Position numbers and translations under genes: made by a program
Shown: positions 26,377-36,935 of the stretch, in pieces
Layout of the letters: each line of letters begins with the position of its first letter
How positions within the stretch are numbered: the first letter of the stretch is position 1
DNA from: Pocillopora damicornis
Taxonomy: Eukaryota
Reading direction: 5' to 3'
DNA: 64,000 bases
Assembly: GCF_003704095.1 (NCBI RefSeq)
Contig: NW_020846126.1
Coordinates: 1-64,000 of the forward strand
Notes under the pieces: model-generated
Told to the model about the DNA's origin: nothing
The model's database searches: none
The model's input: the letters and a program-made list of their open reading frames with translations, nothing else

Positions 26377-29300
26377 TCAGTGGGAGAGTATAACAGGCAA
26401 TTTAGTGGTAACAGCTGAGTTGAAAACGTATATAGACCACCGTAAAGAGTTTAAAAGCCGACGGTTCTAGCCTAAGCCCTTCGTTAGAGTAATTTGATTG
26501 CTCTGACGAAGGGCTAACGGTCGAAATTACCTATTGTTATTAATGTTGAAATCTTCACACTTAAAGTTCACAAGGCAACCAAGTGGACAATCAGACATGG
26601 TTTGATGCCACTCTGCTGGGTTAAAAAATCTAATCAATGTAACTGAGAAGTTACAATTCATAGACCCAACGTTTCGACACTCCTGTCAAGTGCTTTCATC
26701 AGGGGTGATCTAATTGGTGCAACAAGAGGTCCTTTTATATGCTCACTAGTTTGCTGCATTTTTTTTCTGAAGGGATGTAAATCAGATAGTAAGCCACCAG
26801 ATCACTATTTAGAGGAATGTGGGCGCTGGTGGTAATGTTGATTGGAGTAGCATCAAACCATGTCTGATCTTCATATTTACTGCTCGACAAATTATTTCAC
26901 AAGTTCAATGGTCCAATTAACAGCTTCTTCTTTGATTTTCCATGCATATCCAAATGTAGAAGTTCATAAAGTTGTCTTTGCCTTGAGGTAACAACTGTGT
27001 GGTGAAATTTTGATAGTCCCAACAGAAGTACTATGCTTCCATACACAGCAAGAAAGAGAAGTTTGAATTACTTTGAGTCATGAGGGATTTGCATGACACA
27101 ATATATTGATACTGCAAAAGTGGGAGCAGGGTTTACTAAACAGATGCAGTACAATCATTTTTTATTTCATCAAAAAATATTTTTGTGGGAAATACCTCTG
27201 GATTGATTCCACTCATGTGCCTCTCCAAGGGAGCTAGCATCAAATTTATATCTAAAAAGGGACAAGTGTAAGGGTTAGAAATAAAAACCCTCCCACTTGA
27301 ACTATGAGACCATAATAAAGTGGAAATAAATCAATCAAAGTTCTAAGTACCACTTGTATTAATCAAAAAGATCATGACACATGCTCATTTTTTCTGTTAA
27401 AAGAACAGTGGCACCTAACAACAATAATACAGAGTGATTGTTATAATGTTATCATGTGGCTCATTATTTTCTTTCCATGAAAGCCATTATCATCTCTCAC
27501 ACCTTAGTAAGCCAGTTGCCATATCTGTCTTTTTTTAAACTCAGTATCAACTGGGGTGAGGGAAAGTATTGTGAAATAATAAAAGCAGTCTACAATGTTC
27601 CAAACATGTGTCAAATTTTTTTGCCATTCATGTTCATTTATATGTATGTTTGCTTCCCACTAACGTGAACCATGACAACTAAAAAACTCATCTCATGAAA
27701 CAAACCAAGTCATCTTTTGGACTCTTTAGCTTTATTTCTGGAAAAAGGGAGGCAGTGCAAGATTAAAGTGAGTTACACTGTCTAAAGATTATTTTTCAAT
27801 TGTTTTCCTAATGTTTCAGTAGCTTGACAAGTTAACTACCGCTGATTTCTATAAAAGTAGTCATCTGTTGAGAGCACAACACCATCACGCCCTTTGAGCT
27901 TTCTGCAAGAAAAACAAACTTCATAAGATTTTGTAATCATGGCAAATGTATCCTTTGTCATCACTTTATGCTTACATGTATAAATGTTCATGATACAAGT
28001 AAATATACTTGTTTAATTCTAAGAATACATTTTAAAATCACAAAATAAGTTTTACAAGGATGGCCTCAAGGAATCTCTTTCAAAAGAATAATTTAGATTT
28101 AAACAGAACTACACTATAGATGAATTGACTTTGGGGTTTTTATTTTCAATATTAACTGTGCAAGGAAGGTCTTTCCGCTTCCTGGTAATCCTCTCATAAG
28201 GATGAGCACTTTCTGCTTAGTTGGTGGTGACATCGAGCCCCTTACACCAAACCCATGTCTGACTGGTCTTGTTACAGCAGCCATGCAGGGTGCTGAAAAA
28301 AATGAACAGGTTGATTTAAGTACCTCAGTGTTTAGAAGAATTTCCAAAACTTGAAAATGAATTTGCTTCTTTCTGTGATCTCACATCATACACCAGAGGT
28401 GAAGATCAAAATAATTTCAGAAAAAAGTACGATCACTCCGAACATATTGAACATGATATAGTCACCAACACTAACCAAAAGAAATGTCAACTTGTAATTC
28501 ACCCTTCAACAAATCAGCCATTTGGACATAAAACAAAACATCCAACCAATTTTCTATGTATGTTCAAACCACACTTCTGCTAGAGAAGAAAGCTCACATC
28601 ATGTGGCATGACCCCACATATCACAACTGTTTGACTGTCCCTTGATTTGCAAGTTTCAGATTGAAGGCTTTGAATGATTTCCATATTTTAGCCTTAAAAT
28701 GGAATTCAATAATGTACAAGGACCATACATAATATAAAATAATAATTATGTCATAGGAACTAATTTTCTTCTTCATAAAACTGACAACTACCATGTAAGA
28801 GCTTGTTTCTATCAGATATAACAAACCTCCAAATGAAAAGCAAGGATTTGTTGAGAGTGGCCCTTGAAGGTATTGGGTTGGAACATGTCCTGGAAATCTT
28901 TGAGTCAGTAGGCCTGGATGCCATACAGCTGGTACTACTGGCATAATGGGAAATCTTTGTTGAGAGACATTTGATGTTTGACTGAACCCTTGAGGTCGTA
29001 GATATGGGTAAATTTGTCTTTGAATGGCTGGTGGTTGAGACATTGTTTCTTTTGACTTACTGTTTTCATTGTGATGAAGTTGTAGTTGTTGGACAGTATT
29101 TGTTCTGTGTTGCAACTGAGGTGTATCATCATTATGCTTCAGAGATGTCTTTGAGGTGTTTTGATAGAAATTTAAATGGTTATAGTTACAGTTGTGATCA
29201 TTTGAAGTCCTCTGACCTTCATTGCATGACACTCGAGGATTGGTGTTGTCACTTCTATCTGTTGTAGATGAGCTTTCAACTTGTTGTTCTTTTCTGCTGA

Positions 29301-30719
29301 ATTCAAAATCTAATGGTTTCTTTTCACTGCAACCCAGAGGTATTTTTTTTGTTTGCTCTGTGCTACTGCTTCCAGATATTACTTGTTTGTTGTATGACTC
29401 TAAGTTTCCTTTAAGTTCCTGATCATGGATAGGTAGGTTAATAGTTTTTGGTTTACTATGTTCACAATGGTCAGGACCAGCAGGTGGTTCTAAATCTTCA
29501 CTTTGCATATCTCTTTGGTGAATTGTAGGTTTTTGAGAAGACAACAGCTCAGCATAGGGAGTATTTGCCTGGTTTGTTAAAGTGTTAAATTGCAGGGCAA
29601 CATAATCAGGAAAATCTGGTAAGCCTGATGATGTAACAGAGCTTGTATTGTCAGTGCCTACATGAAGCAACACTCCTTCAGGTGACACTGTTCTATCTGC
29701 ACCATATGACACACCTGATGTTGGCTTATAATGTGGCAAAGACCTTGGAACTTCTCCTTGATGATGACTATCACTTGTGCTATATTGTGATAAAAGTGCT
29801 ATTTTTCCTTTTGATGTCTGTGTAAAACTGCTTTTAATAACTGACGAACTGGAATTGTCAGAAGAAGCTCCAGCCTGAATTCCTTTAAACTGGGAGTCAA
29901 CTTTATGGGCTTCCCGACCAGCATTTGATATACCATGTTGATAATTAGGTTTCTGATTTTCCAATGATGATTTAGAAGGGCGACTGTCTGGAATAGCTTG
30001 GCTTTCTGTCTGTCCTTGCTCTATTCCACTTAGGACAAAAAGCTTCTCCACAGCATCATTTACTACAAAAATAGTATTTAATTTTAACTCAAACTAGATG
30101 TGCTTACCTACATGATTGTTGTGATTTTATACTAAAGAGCTTTTAAAAGATCCTGTCCTATCATCAAGGCAATTCGATTTCCCTTCAAGATAAGCGACTC
30201 TCCTCGCTTTCCTGCAGGGCAAAGCCCCTGAAAAGCTGTACTTGAGTGTCACGTTTCCTTGTATCAAGAACCCCTCACCCCCTTCTCGACAAAATTCTGC
30301 GGTGAAAATCTCTCTTTCCATTCATCCTGTAATTTTTCATTCAGAAAATTTCCCAAAAGATGAAATAGAACTGGAATTGTCGATTGAAACGGACTGGATC
30401 GAATAATAGACAAGTATTATTGCCAACTAAGATATCCGAGCCTTGCTCGCTGAACGAAACGTTAGAAAGCGAAATCACTCTGTAAGTTTACGTGGTTGTA
30501 AAATATTAACAGCACAAACAAATACCAACCATTATAATCACTCTCTGAAAGTACCAGCTGAACAACTCCAGGATCTATTGAACCGGAAAACATATTCTGC
30601 AGTTCGAAAAGCGTGTTCTCTCGCCATCTCAGCTGAACGTCGTTATCTTTCGGTACTTTCTCTGTCGAATCTTTCCCTGATGATGGGGCATCTGGACTTT
30701 GATTTCTTCTCCTAGGCAT
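19990..30719 (-). CDS. N4BP2: NEDD4-binding protein 2 (CUE-like, P-loop polynucleotide kinase, CUE, DUF1771, Smr endonuclease)
   Basis: Exons include 30719-30530, 30062-28827, 28292-28157 (LILMRGLPGSGKTFLA), 27902-27839 (VLSTDDYF), 27251-27196 (AHEWNQ), 26311-26223 (IIDNTNTQSWEMKPY), about 26080-26004 (VEPNTPWKW), about 25716-23800 (LEFLKTCFPDV, CUE), about 22530-22427 (KLFEMFPGV, CUE), about 21893-21717 (YRAEA..H...R..CF.KA, DUF1771), about 20823-20729 (IDLHGLHVTEA), about 20393-20260 (VVTGRGNHSRGG) and last exon about 20032-19990 (FTEPHPGLVKVFL*). Some internal boundaries are approximate. Confidence 0.93.
26337..26530. repeat. Interspersed repeat with two inverted, degenerate hammerhead-like cores (Penelope-associated type)
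   Basis: Plus strand CTGACGA-A-GGGC-TAAC-GGTC-GAAA at 26503-26526, facing a decayed reverse-complement copy at 26455-26490. Second family member at 7930-8150. Confidence 0.65.
26590..26960 (-). mobile_element. Penelope-like retroelement 3' relic in an N4BP2 intron
   Basis: 24-bp inverted repeat (26590-26613 vs 26845-26868, 23/24 match), a hammerhead motif at 26654-26716, and a decayed minus-strand YAWKIKEEA (about 26920-26948) resembling the RKIKEA C-terminal motif of GIY-YIG endonucleases. Confidence 0.6.
26654..26716 (-). ncRNA. Minimal type I hammerhead ribozyme motif (possibly degenerate)
   Basis: Minus strand: CAAUUAGAUCACCC-CUGAUGA-AAGCACUUGACAGGAGUGUC-GAAA-CG-UU-GGGUCUAUGAAUUG. Both core boxes present, stem II GCACU/AGUGU, palindromic AACGUU stem III, stem I CCC/GGG + UAGA/UCUA + CAAU/AUUG. 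Confidence 0.65.
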
Positions 30720-30866
30720 TTTGAAACGTTACGTTAAGGTAAATGACCCTGGTATGTTCTTCATTATTTCCTAACTCAACCAAAATCAATATGGAAGCTG
30801 ATGACGACGGTGCACAGTGGCCATATTTGAAATAAACAACACTGTTTGGAATTTGCACCCTTTTCA

Positions 30867-30881
30867 ACTTCCGGTCACGTG
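30867..30881. promoter_or_regulatory. Adjacent ETS (ACTTCCGGT) and E-box (CACGTG) motifs in the N4BP2 promoter
   Basis: acttccggtcacgtg about 150 bp upstream of the N4BP2 ATG; a composite typical of housekeeping promoters. Motif match only. Confidence 0.45.
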
Positions 30882-31067
30882 GATTTCTTTGAAAAGGTGC
30901 TCTTCGCGGACGAAAATTTAGTTTGTTCGAAAAACTCTCAATTAATTGTGTAATTTCAGTTTTTTCGGTGATTCTGGTGGGAATGCCTCCTTTAGAAACG
31001 TAAGGAACAGAGCGGAATATGCCTGCACCGGCTACCCATGGCTTCCGTTGCTTTTCCCTTCGCACTC

Positions 31068-31267
31068 TTGTTCATCTTTGCCGAAGGTACTGAGCTTGTT
31101 CCCAGACAGTCTCCAAAATGACATCTGTCTTTATATCCATGGTAAACTGTTCAAGGAGAATTCTGCCTTCCGCGCTGCCGTTCTTAGCTGTAAGCGTTCG
31201 CTCGCCTCAAAATTGAAGATTCAGCATTTTTTACCACGTCAGTACGTAATCAAACAAGGAGATGAGA
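31068..31267 (+). pseudogene. Inverted 200-bp duplicate of part of an Erg channel exon, including its splice acceptor
   Basis: Reverse complement of 32984-33183 with 3 transitions (197/200 identical). Encodes [15 protein letters not shown]...[10 protein letters not shown]. Confidence 0.93.
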
Positions 31268-31577
31268 CGCACTTTAGAGACATTTCAAACACCACAGCCA
31301 CATTGGGGAAGAGTTCTGTAGTGGGAAATGATTCAATGGGATTAGGAAAAGTGAAGCTCTTACTGTAATGAGAACCATTTGAGGAAAGATAGAGACACAT
31401 TTGCAATAGAAAAGTACGCAGTATTCATCTTTTATTCATCTTTTAGGACTACATCACCAGCACGACCACGTTAAGTTATGGAATATGGGTCTTGGGAGCG
31501 TCTTCATGCCTAACTCCATGAGCCGGTTACTTTGACGGAGTGAAAATGTGACTGACAAATTAAACAAAGTATTATTT

Positions 31578-34500
31578 TCATTCCTCCCCCCCTGCGCCTA
31601 GTAGTTTATTTCCCGTAACCCCCCTCTTTACTTCTGATATCTTGTTCAGCAGAGGTATTACTATTGACAGCTGTCTTTCCATATGTAAGAGTCTTTGGTC
31701 GATGACCTTCAAGTTTTCTTGAACATCTTTCATTTCATTTGAACTTGAAGACGGTCGAACCATTAGACTACTCATGTCTTCCTTCGGATTTGGAGATTCT
31801 ACATCGGTCTTAGGATATGTTTCTGCACTGGGTTCCAGTCTCCTTGAAGATCCTTCTCCGAAGTCTTCGAACAGTTCTACCTCTTCCTCCTCCTGGAAAA
31901 CACAATAAGGAGCAATTCCTCAGAGGCTGAACAGAAAATTCTCTCCCGCCCTGTGTTTTCTTCCTCAATGAGTTGTGATTCATAACTTGTGGATTGTCAA
32001 TTTGTTTTCGTCCGATTACAGTGATGTTTCCTAGTTTTGAATCGTATGACTATAGATATTATCAAAGAGACCAGTGTCACCCTCAAGCTTTTCCCCTCAG
32101 TGTAAAATTGTTCACATGGGTGCGTTGAACAATTCAGGGTATAATTTCTTCTAAATATATATCTATGTGTCCTTAAGGCTCCTTAAATCACACTAATGAG
32201 CACTATTTGTATCCTGTCGGTATTCTTTAAAAGCGAACTTTGAATTTAAATTATTTCAGTTTTAATTGCGTACTGTGTTGTATTCTTGCGGAAGACTCTT
32301 CACTCTGACAGAGCCTCTGTCCGCTTAGGAATAAGAATAAGTACAATTTACCCCGCCCTCTCCCGGTTAAGTGCGAAAATTATACTAAACAGACGTCCCT
32401 TGAAGGAAAGCGTGTACTATGCACGGAAAGTTTTAGTTAATGGAGCCATTAAATGCCCCATCACATTTAAATTAAACACACTTTCTTGTGATGTCCAATT
32501 TGATATGCGAAGACCATCCTTGCCAAGAACTCTTCTCTAAATACAGGATACATTTTGAAAATGGCTGTCAGATCGCTCCATTCGATGTAATGAATGTCAG
32601 AGGGGGTCTGTACGATCACATTGGCAACAGCCCGTGCTTTGATTTCTGAGGATTTGTCTTCGCTGTAGATTGTATCACCCCTCCCTAGGTATAAAAAGAC
32701 TTTAATCAATAAATTACGCACGCAGCTTGGGGTATATGCTGACACAACTAGATTTAAAAAGAGGATATAACAATGTGCCAAGTAGATTTTGTTCAAGTTG
32801 TATAATTCCTGAATGCCCATATAACTGATTTCGAAACAGTTTGCAAGGAAGATATTTGAACTGACAATATGGTCCACTCACGCCAAGTACACAGCTCTTA
32901 AATTTCCTTACCAAGGGCAAGAATTATCTTCTCATCCAGCGTCACGTGAACAATTCCTTTTACGACAAAAAAAACCTTGTTCATCTCATCTCCTTGTTTG
33001 ATCACGTACTGACGTGGTAAAAAATGCTGAATCTTCAACTTTGAGGCGAGCGAACGCTTACAGCTAAGAACGGCAGCGCGGAAGGCAGAATTCTCCTTGA
33101 ACAGTTTACCATGGATATGAAGACAGATGTCATTTTGGAGACTGTCTGGGAACAAGCTCAGTACCTTCGGCAAAGATGAACAAACTGTATATCAGCAAGA
33201 CATTATTATCTCATGATATCAGGATATAATTATCTACGTGCATAATAAGTCCTTAAAGCTCCACTCCGCAGAAAATTGTAAAACATCCTTTATCCATACT
33301 CGTTTAGAATGCGAAAGTTTTCAAACTTATTTTAAAAGCAAGAAGGCAATGATAATGTGGAATCGCCTAGTTAAAATGAAGGAACCCCTTTGGAGGGAAG
33401 GTGGGAGAAATGTGAGTCAAATAAAAGTAATTGAAAAACTTACCTCATTGATATCCGACATTGTCATTGCACAAGCGTCATTTATCACGTGCTTCTCAAG
33501 ATCTTCCCGCAGAGCTTGCGGTATCTCGTAGAAGCGCACAAAGTTCCGGACGAGTCGAAGGCCTTCGTGCTGCTTAAAATTCTGAAGGTACAACCTCTGG
33601 ATAATCACCGTCAAATTACCAAATATGGAGGCGTACATCAGGGCTTAATGTAATAAAATAAAGTAATCTTCTATCAAAAATTCCATCAACAGTGTCTAAA
33701 CCCTGTTTTAAAGGGACTCTCATCATCAGCGAGTCATCGTCTTGAAAGCGAATAGATTTAATGATGCTAGTGGTGGACACATGGAAAAAAAACCCGTAAC
33801 CGCATAGTATAGTCAAAATCGCTCACCTCCCATAAGCATCACGATGATGGAAAAAATCCTCTCATTGTTCGTAGTTGGAGCAACGTTTCCAAACCCCACA
33901 CTGGTTAAACTGCTCAGAGTAAAATATAGAGAAGTGAGGTACCTAGCCTTAAGGCTTGGTCCACTTGTTGGAATAGACTGATTTATTGGTTTGTTGGTGT
34001 TTTTGGCGAGTAAAGCTAGCCAGCCAATTTCACTGTGTGCCTCAGACGCTCCAATAGCATGCCATATACAAGCTAGCCAATGAGCAACAAGCATGAACAG
34101 ACATGTGAGCAGCAGAATGACAGCTAAACCATACTCTGAATAACGGTCCAATTTTCGCGTCACCCGCACCAGGCGCAAGAGCCGCGCGGTCTTTAACAAA
34201 CCCATGAGTGTGGTGTCCTGGAACAAATATTACAATAAATAATTTCGCTTTCCATAGATATGAACAAGGACTTATTTTTTAATAAGAAGTGAAATAAACA
34301 CTGGGAAATTATCAAATATCAAAGAAAACCTACAAATTGCCAATTACTCGGTGTTACTTGCTGCAAGTTGTTTCAGGTATAGACGCTGTGATCAGAATCT
34401 AACTCCATGGCGTCATTACCTGACGAACTATGGACTATGTGTTAATCAAAGATTTACTCACCCCCTCCTGCTGAGGATCAACTAAGAACTCGAACGGAAT

Positions 34501-34884
34501 AGCTGACACAAAATCCACAATAAACCATGACTTGAGGTAAAGAACTGCGATCTCTTTGGGGTCACTAATAATCGCTTCGGAATGCCTTTTGATAGATGCA
34601 CTTCGAAAATTGATCGGAATATCGATTATAAAGAGAAAATCTGCGAAAACGTTCGTGGCTACTATCGGGGAGAGAGCCATTAAGGCGCCAAAACGAGAGG
34701 TACTAGCACCAGTCTGACTCGGTCTCAGGAACGCTACATCGAAAGGGATCTCAATTGTGGTGTAAATGACAAAAACAAGGATGACCCAGTCCCACACGGC
34801 CTTGAAGAGGGAATCATGACGTATCAGGCACGTTTTGTTTTTGTAAGGTGAGTTATTAGCCTCGTATGACTTGCTGTATATTCT
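31578..34884 (-). CDS. Erg-type (KCNH2/6/7-like) voltage-gated K+ channel, downstream paralog B; first coding exon uncertain
   Basis: Exons 34884-34462 (S1-S3: FKAVWDW), 34217-33827 (S4 [13 protein letters not shown]; pore [12 protein letters not shown]), 33643-33444 (LMYASIFGN), 33164-32912 and 32684-32482 (CNBHD), 31892-31578 (coiled coil). Phases consistent. Candidate micro first exon 35178-35167 (ATG AGA TCT GGG|gtaggt). AATAAA at about 31431. Confidence 0.9.
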
Positions 34885-36409
34885 CTGTGGTGACAAAAAA
34901 GTATAAGTATGTTTAGATACTGGAGGCAGCCAAGAAGCATTAAGATTAAGTCTGAATGGTTCTTTAACTTGGTACTTTTTACTAAACATATATACGGCTT
35001 CCTATGATGAGAATTGCGCATTTTTGTATTGCCAGCTGGGGTTCATTTTCTTTCCGACTTCACAACAAAAGCTAAGGCATTTTTTGTTTTCTTCAGCTTA
35101 GAATGTCTGTGCAGGTAGAGCTCAGCCAAAGCAACTAGTTAAGACAGGACACGTGTATATACCTACCCCAGATCTCATGATCGTTGTTTTAGCATAGATC
35201 CCCTTTGCTGCCTTGAGTTAGAAATGAGAACGGGAGTTAAATCTACAATACTGACGTCGTACGGTATTGGCTTGTTAAATTTTGGGAACATACTTTCATG
35301 AAAACTATACTTGTCTTCGTCACGTCCGACAATGTTTACTGAAACACCGAAGACTTTCGATACGACTCGATAAATGCATAGCAAAAGAAAATGTTATAAA
35401 AGTAACAGACTATCGCCATTCACCAATTCAAATGAGAGGAAAGCTTTTTGAGGATAGCATATGTCTTTGCTCTTCACGCAAGTTTTCGTTCTACCGATCG
35501 AAACAAGTTCAAATGGGAAAACTACAATACAGGAACAATAAAGTCAGATGTCTCTCTTACCGGAACTCTGGGATCTTTTTTTCCTGGAAAAGCTTTCGAA
35601 ACAGATGTCTTCGGTATTTTTTCGAAAGAAAAATAACGAACTTGTAAGATGCAAGTTTACACTAACGTGATCAGAACGCGCGATAGGGAGATAACGAAGA
35701 CAAGCGCGCGCGCGTGAAAATGCTACACACAAAATAAACGTTCTGACTAGAGATCATATTCGTCAACAAATCTTTTAATTTAAGACTTTTAAGAAACATT
35801 TTTTAATTACAAATCCTGTTTACCATTTATCAGTTTCTAGATTATGTATTTATTTATCTATCTTACCTGACAAAAAACTTGTGAAAAAGTATTCAAATAG
35901 ATTTGCTCTCAAAATCAGTATAAATAAACCCACGGAAATGAATATATTGGGCATTTTTTTAACCAAAAGAGTTTCATTTGAAAAGCTTATGTTCTCCACT
36001 GAGCCGAAGTAGTGTCACTCACAATAATAGCATCATTACCAGTTAGATCAGGTGAAAACTTTGAAATGCGCTAAAAGTGTGTTAAGTAACGTGAACAACT
36101 TAATGAAAGCCGTAATGGTCTGTCGTCAAACATATTTTTCAATGGTTAACTTTCGGTTGTTAGAGGCTTCCATGTAATTGATTAAAGCTGAACGAGTTTT
36201 TTTATGCGATAAAAATAATTTTACAATCAGGAATACTGGTTAACAGCTCCAACATACGAAGTAAAAAACCGATGAAGGCATTGCAGCATAGTAAATTCAA
36301 GAACAGAATGGTATAGCTTAATTTACATTAACTCTGTACAAAATGAGCAAGCTATAAGAACAATAAAGATGGCAACTTTAAACTCGGTCATAAACAGTCA
36401 CAGGGTCCT

Positions 36410-36555
36410 CAACAAGGAATCTGTCCATTGGAGTTTGGATTCTGAGCCCTGATTCTCTGTCAATGAGCCACAGAGACCTCTATAATGGGCCTGACTATTA
36501 TTATCTTCATATACAACACGCATGCACCATACTGCCACCTTTAGCGATGTCCAAA
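36410..36555 (-). mobile_element. Highly decayed copy of the SINE-like family at 10157-10460
   Basis: ggaatc...tttggattctgag...tgagccacagagacctctataatg...ttcatatacaacacgcatgcaccatactgc...agcgatgtc parallels actgagcctctatggtg...gttcatatatgatacgtatcctgcatactgc...agcaatgtc at 10217-10297. Confidence 0.5.
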
Positions 36556-36935
36556 CCGTTGTTTGAGTGAAAAGAAGTTGTAAATAGAGTAAGAAGGAAT
36601 AAATTTCTCCTTAAACAATTTATTCTATGGATACACGTCCTGCTACAAAATGAATTTATTTTTTGTCATCCTTGGATTGACACGTTGTTTGACTCAATTT
36701 TAAGGGCTGTACTCGTGGCATGCGGAATTGTTTATACAATGTACACATGCCTCGATAAATGTCTCACGCCCCGATAAATGTCTCTCGTTAGCTTTTAAAG
36801 CTTTATACAACTAGATATGATCGCCATTTTCACTTTATTTACAACAGCTCCAATAACCGCAATAAGCAAGGCACCTCGTTGATCTTGAAAATTGCGTAAA
36901 TGGATCACGTGACCAAATCATCACTCATTAGCCCG

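Noticed and set aside
30946-31368. 140-aa plus-strand ORF as a third K+ channel gene
   Set aside because: The channel similarity is limited to the 200-bp inverted copy, the listed start is not an ATG, and there are no other channel exons on this strand.
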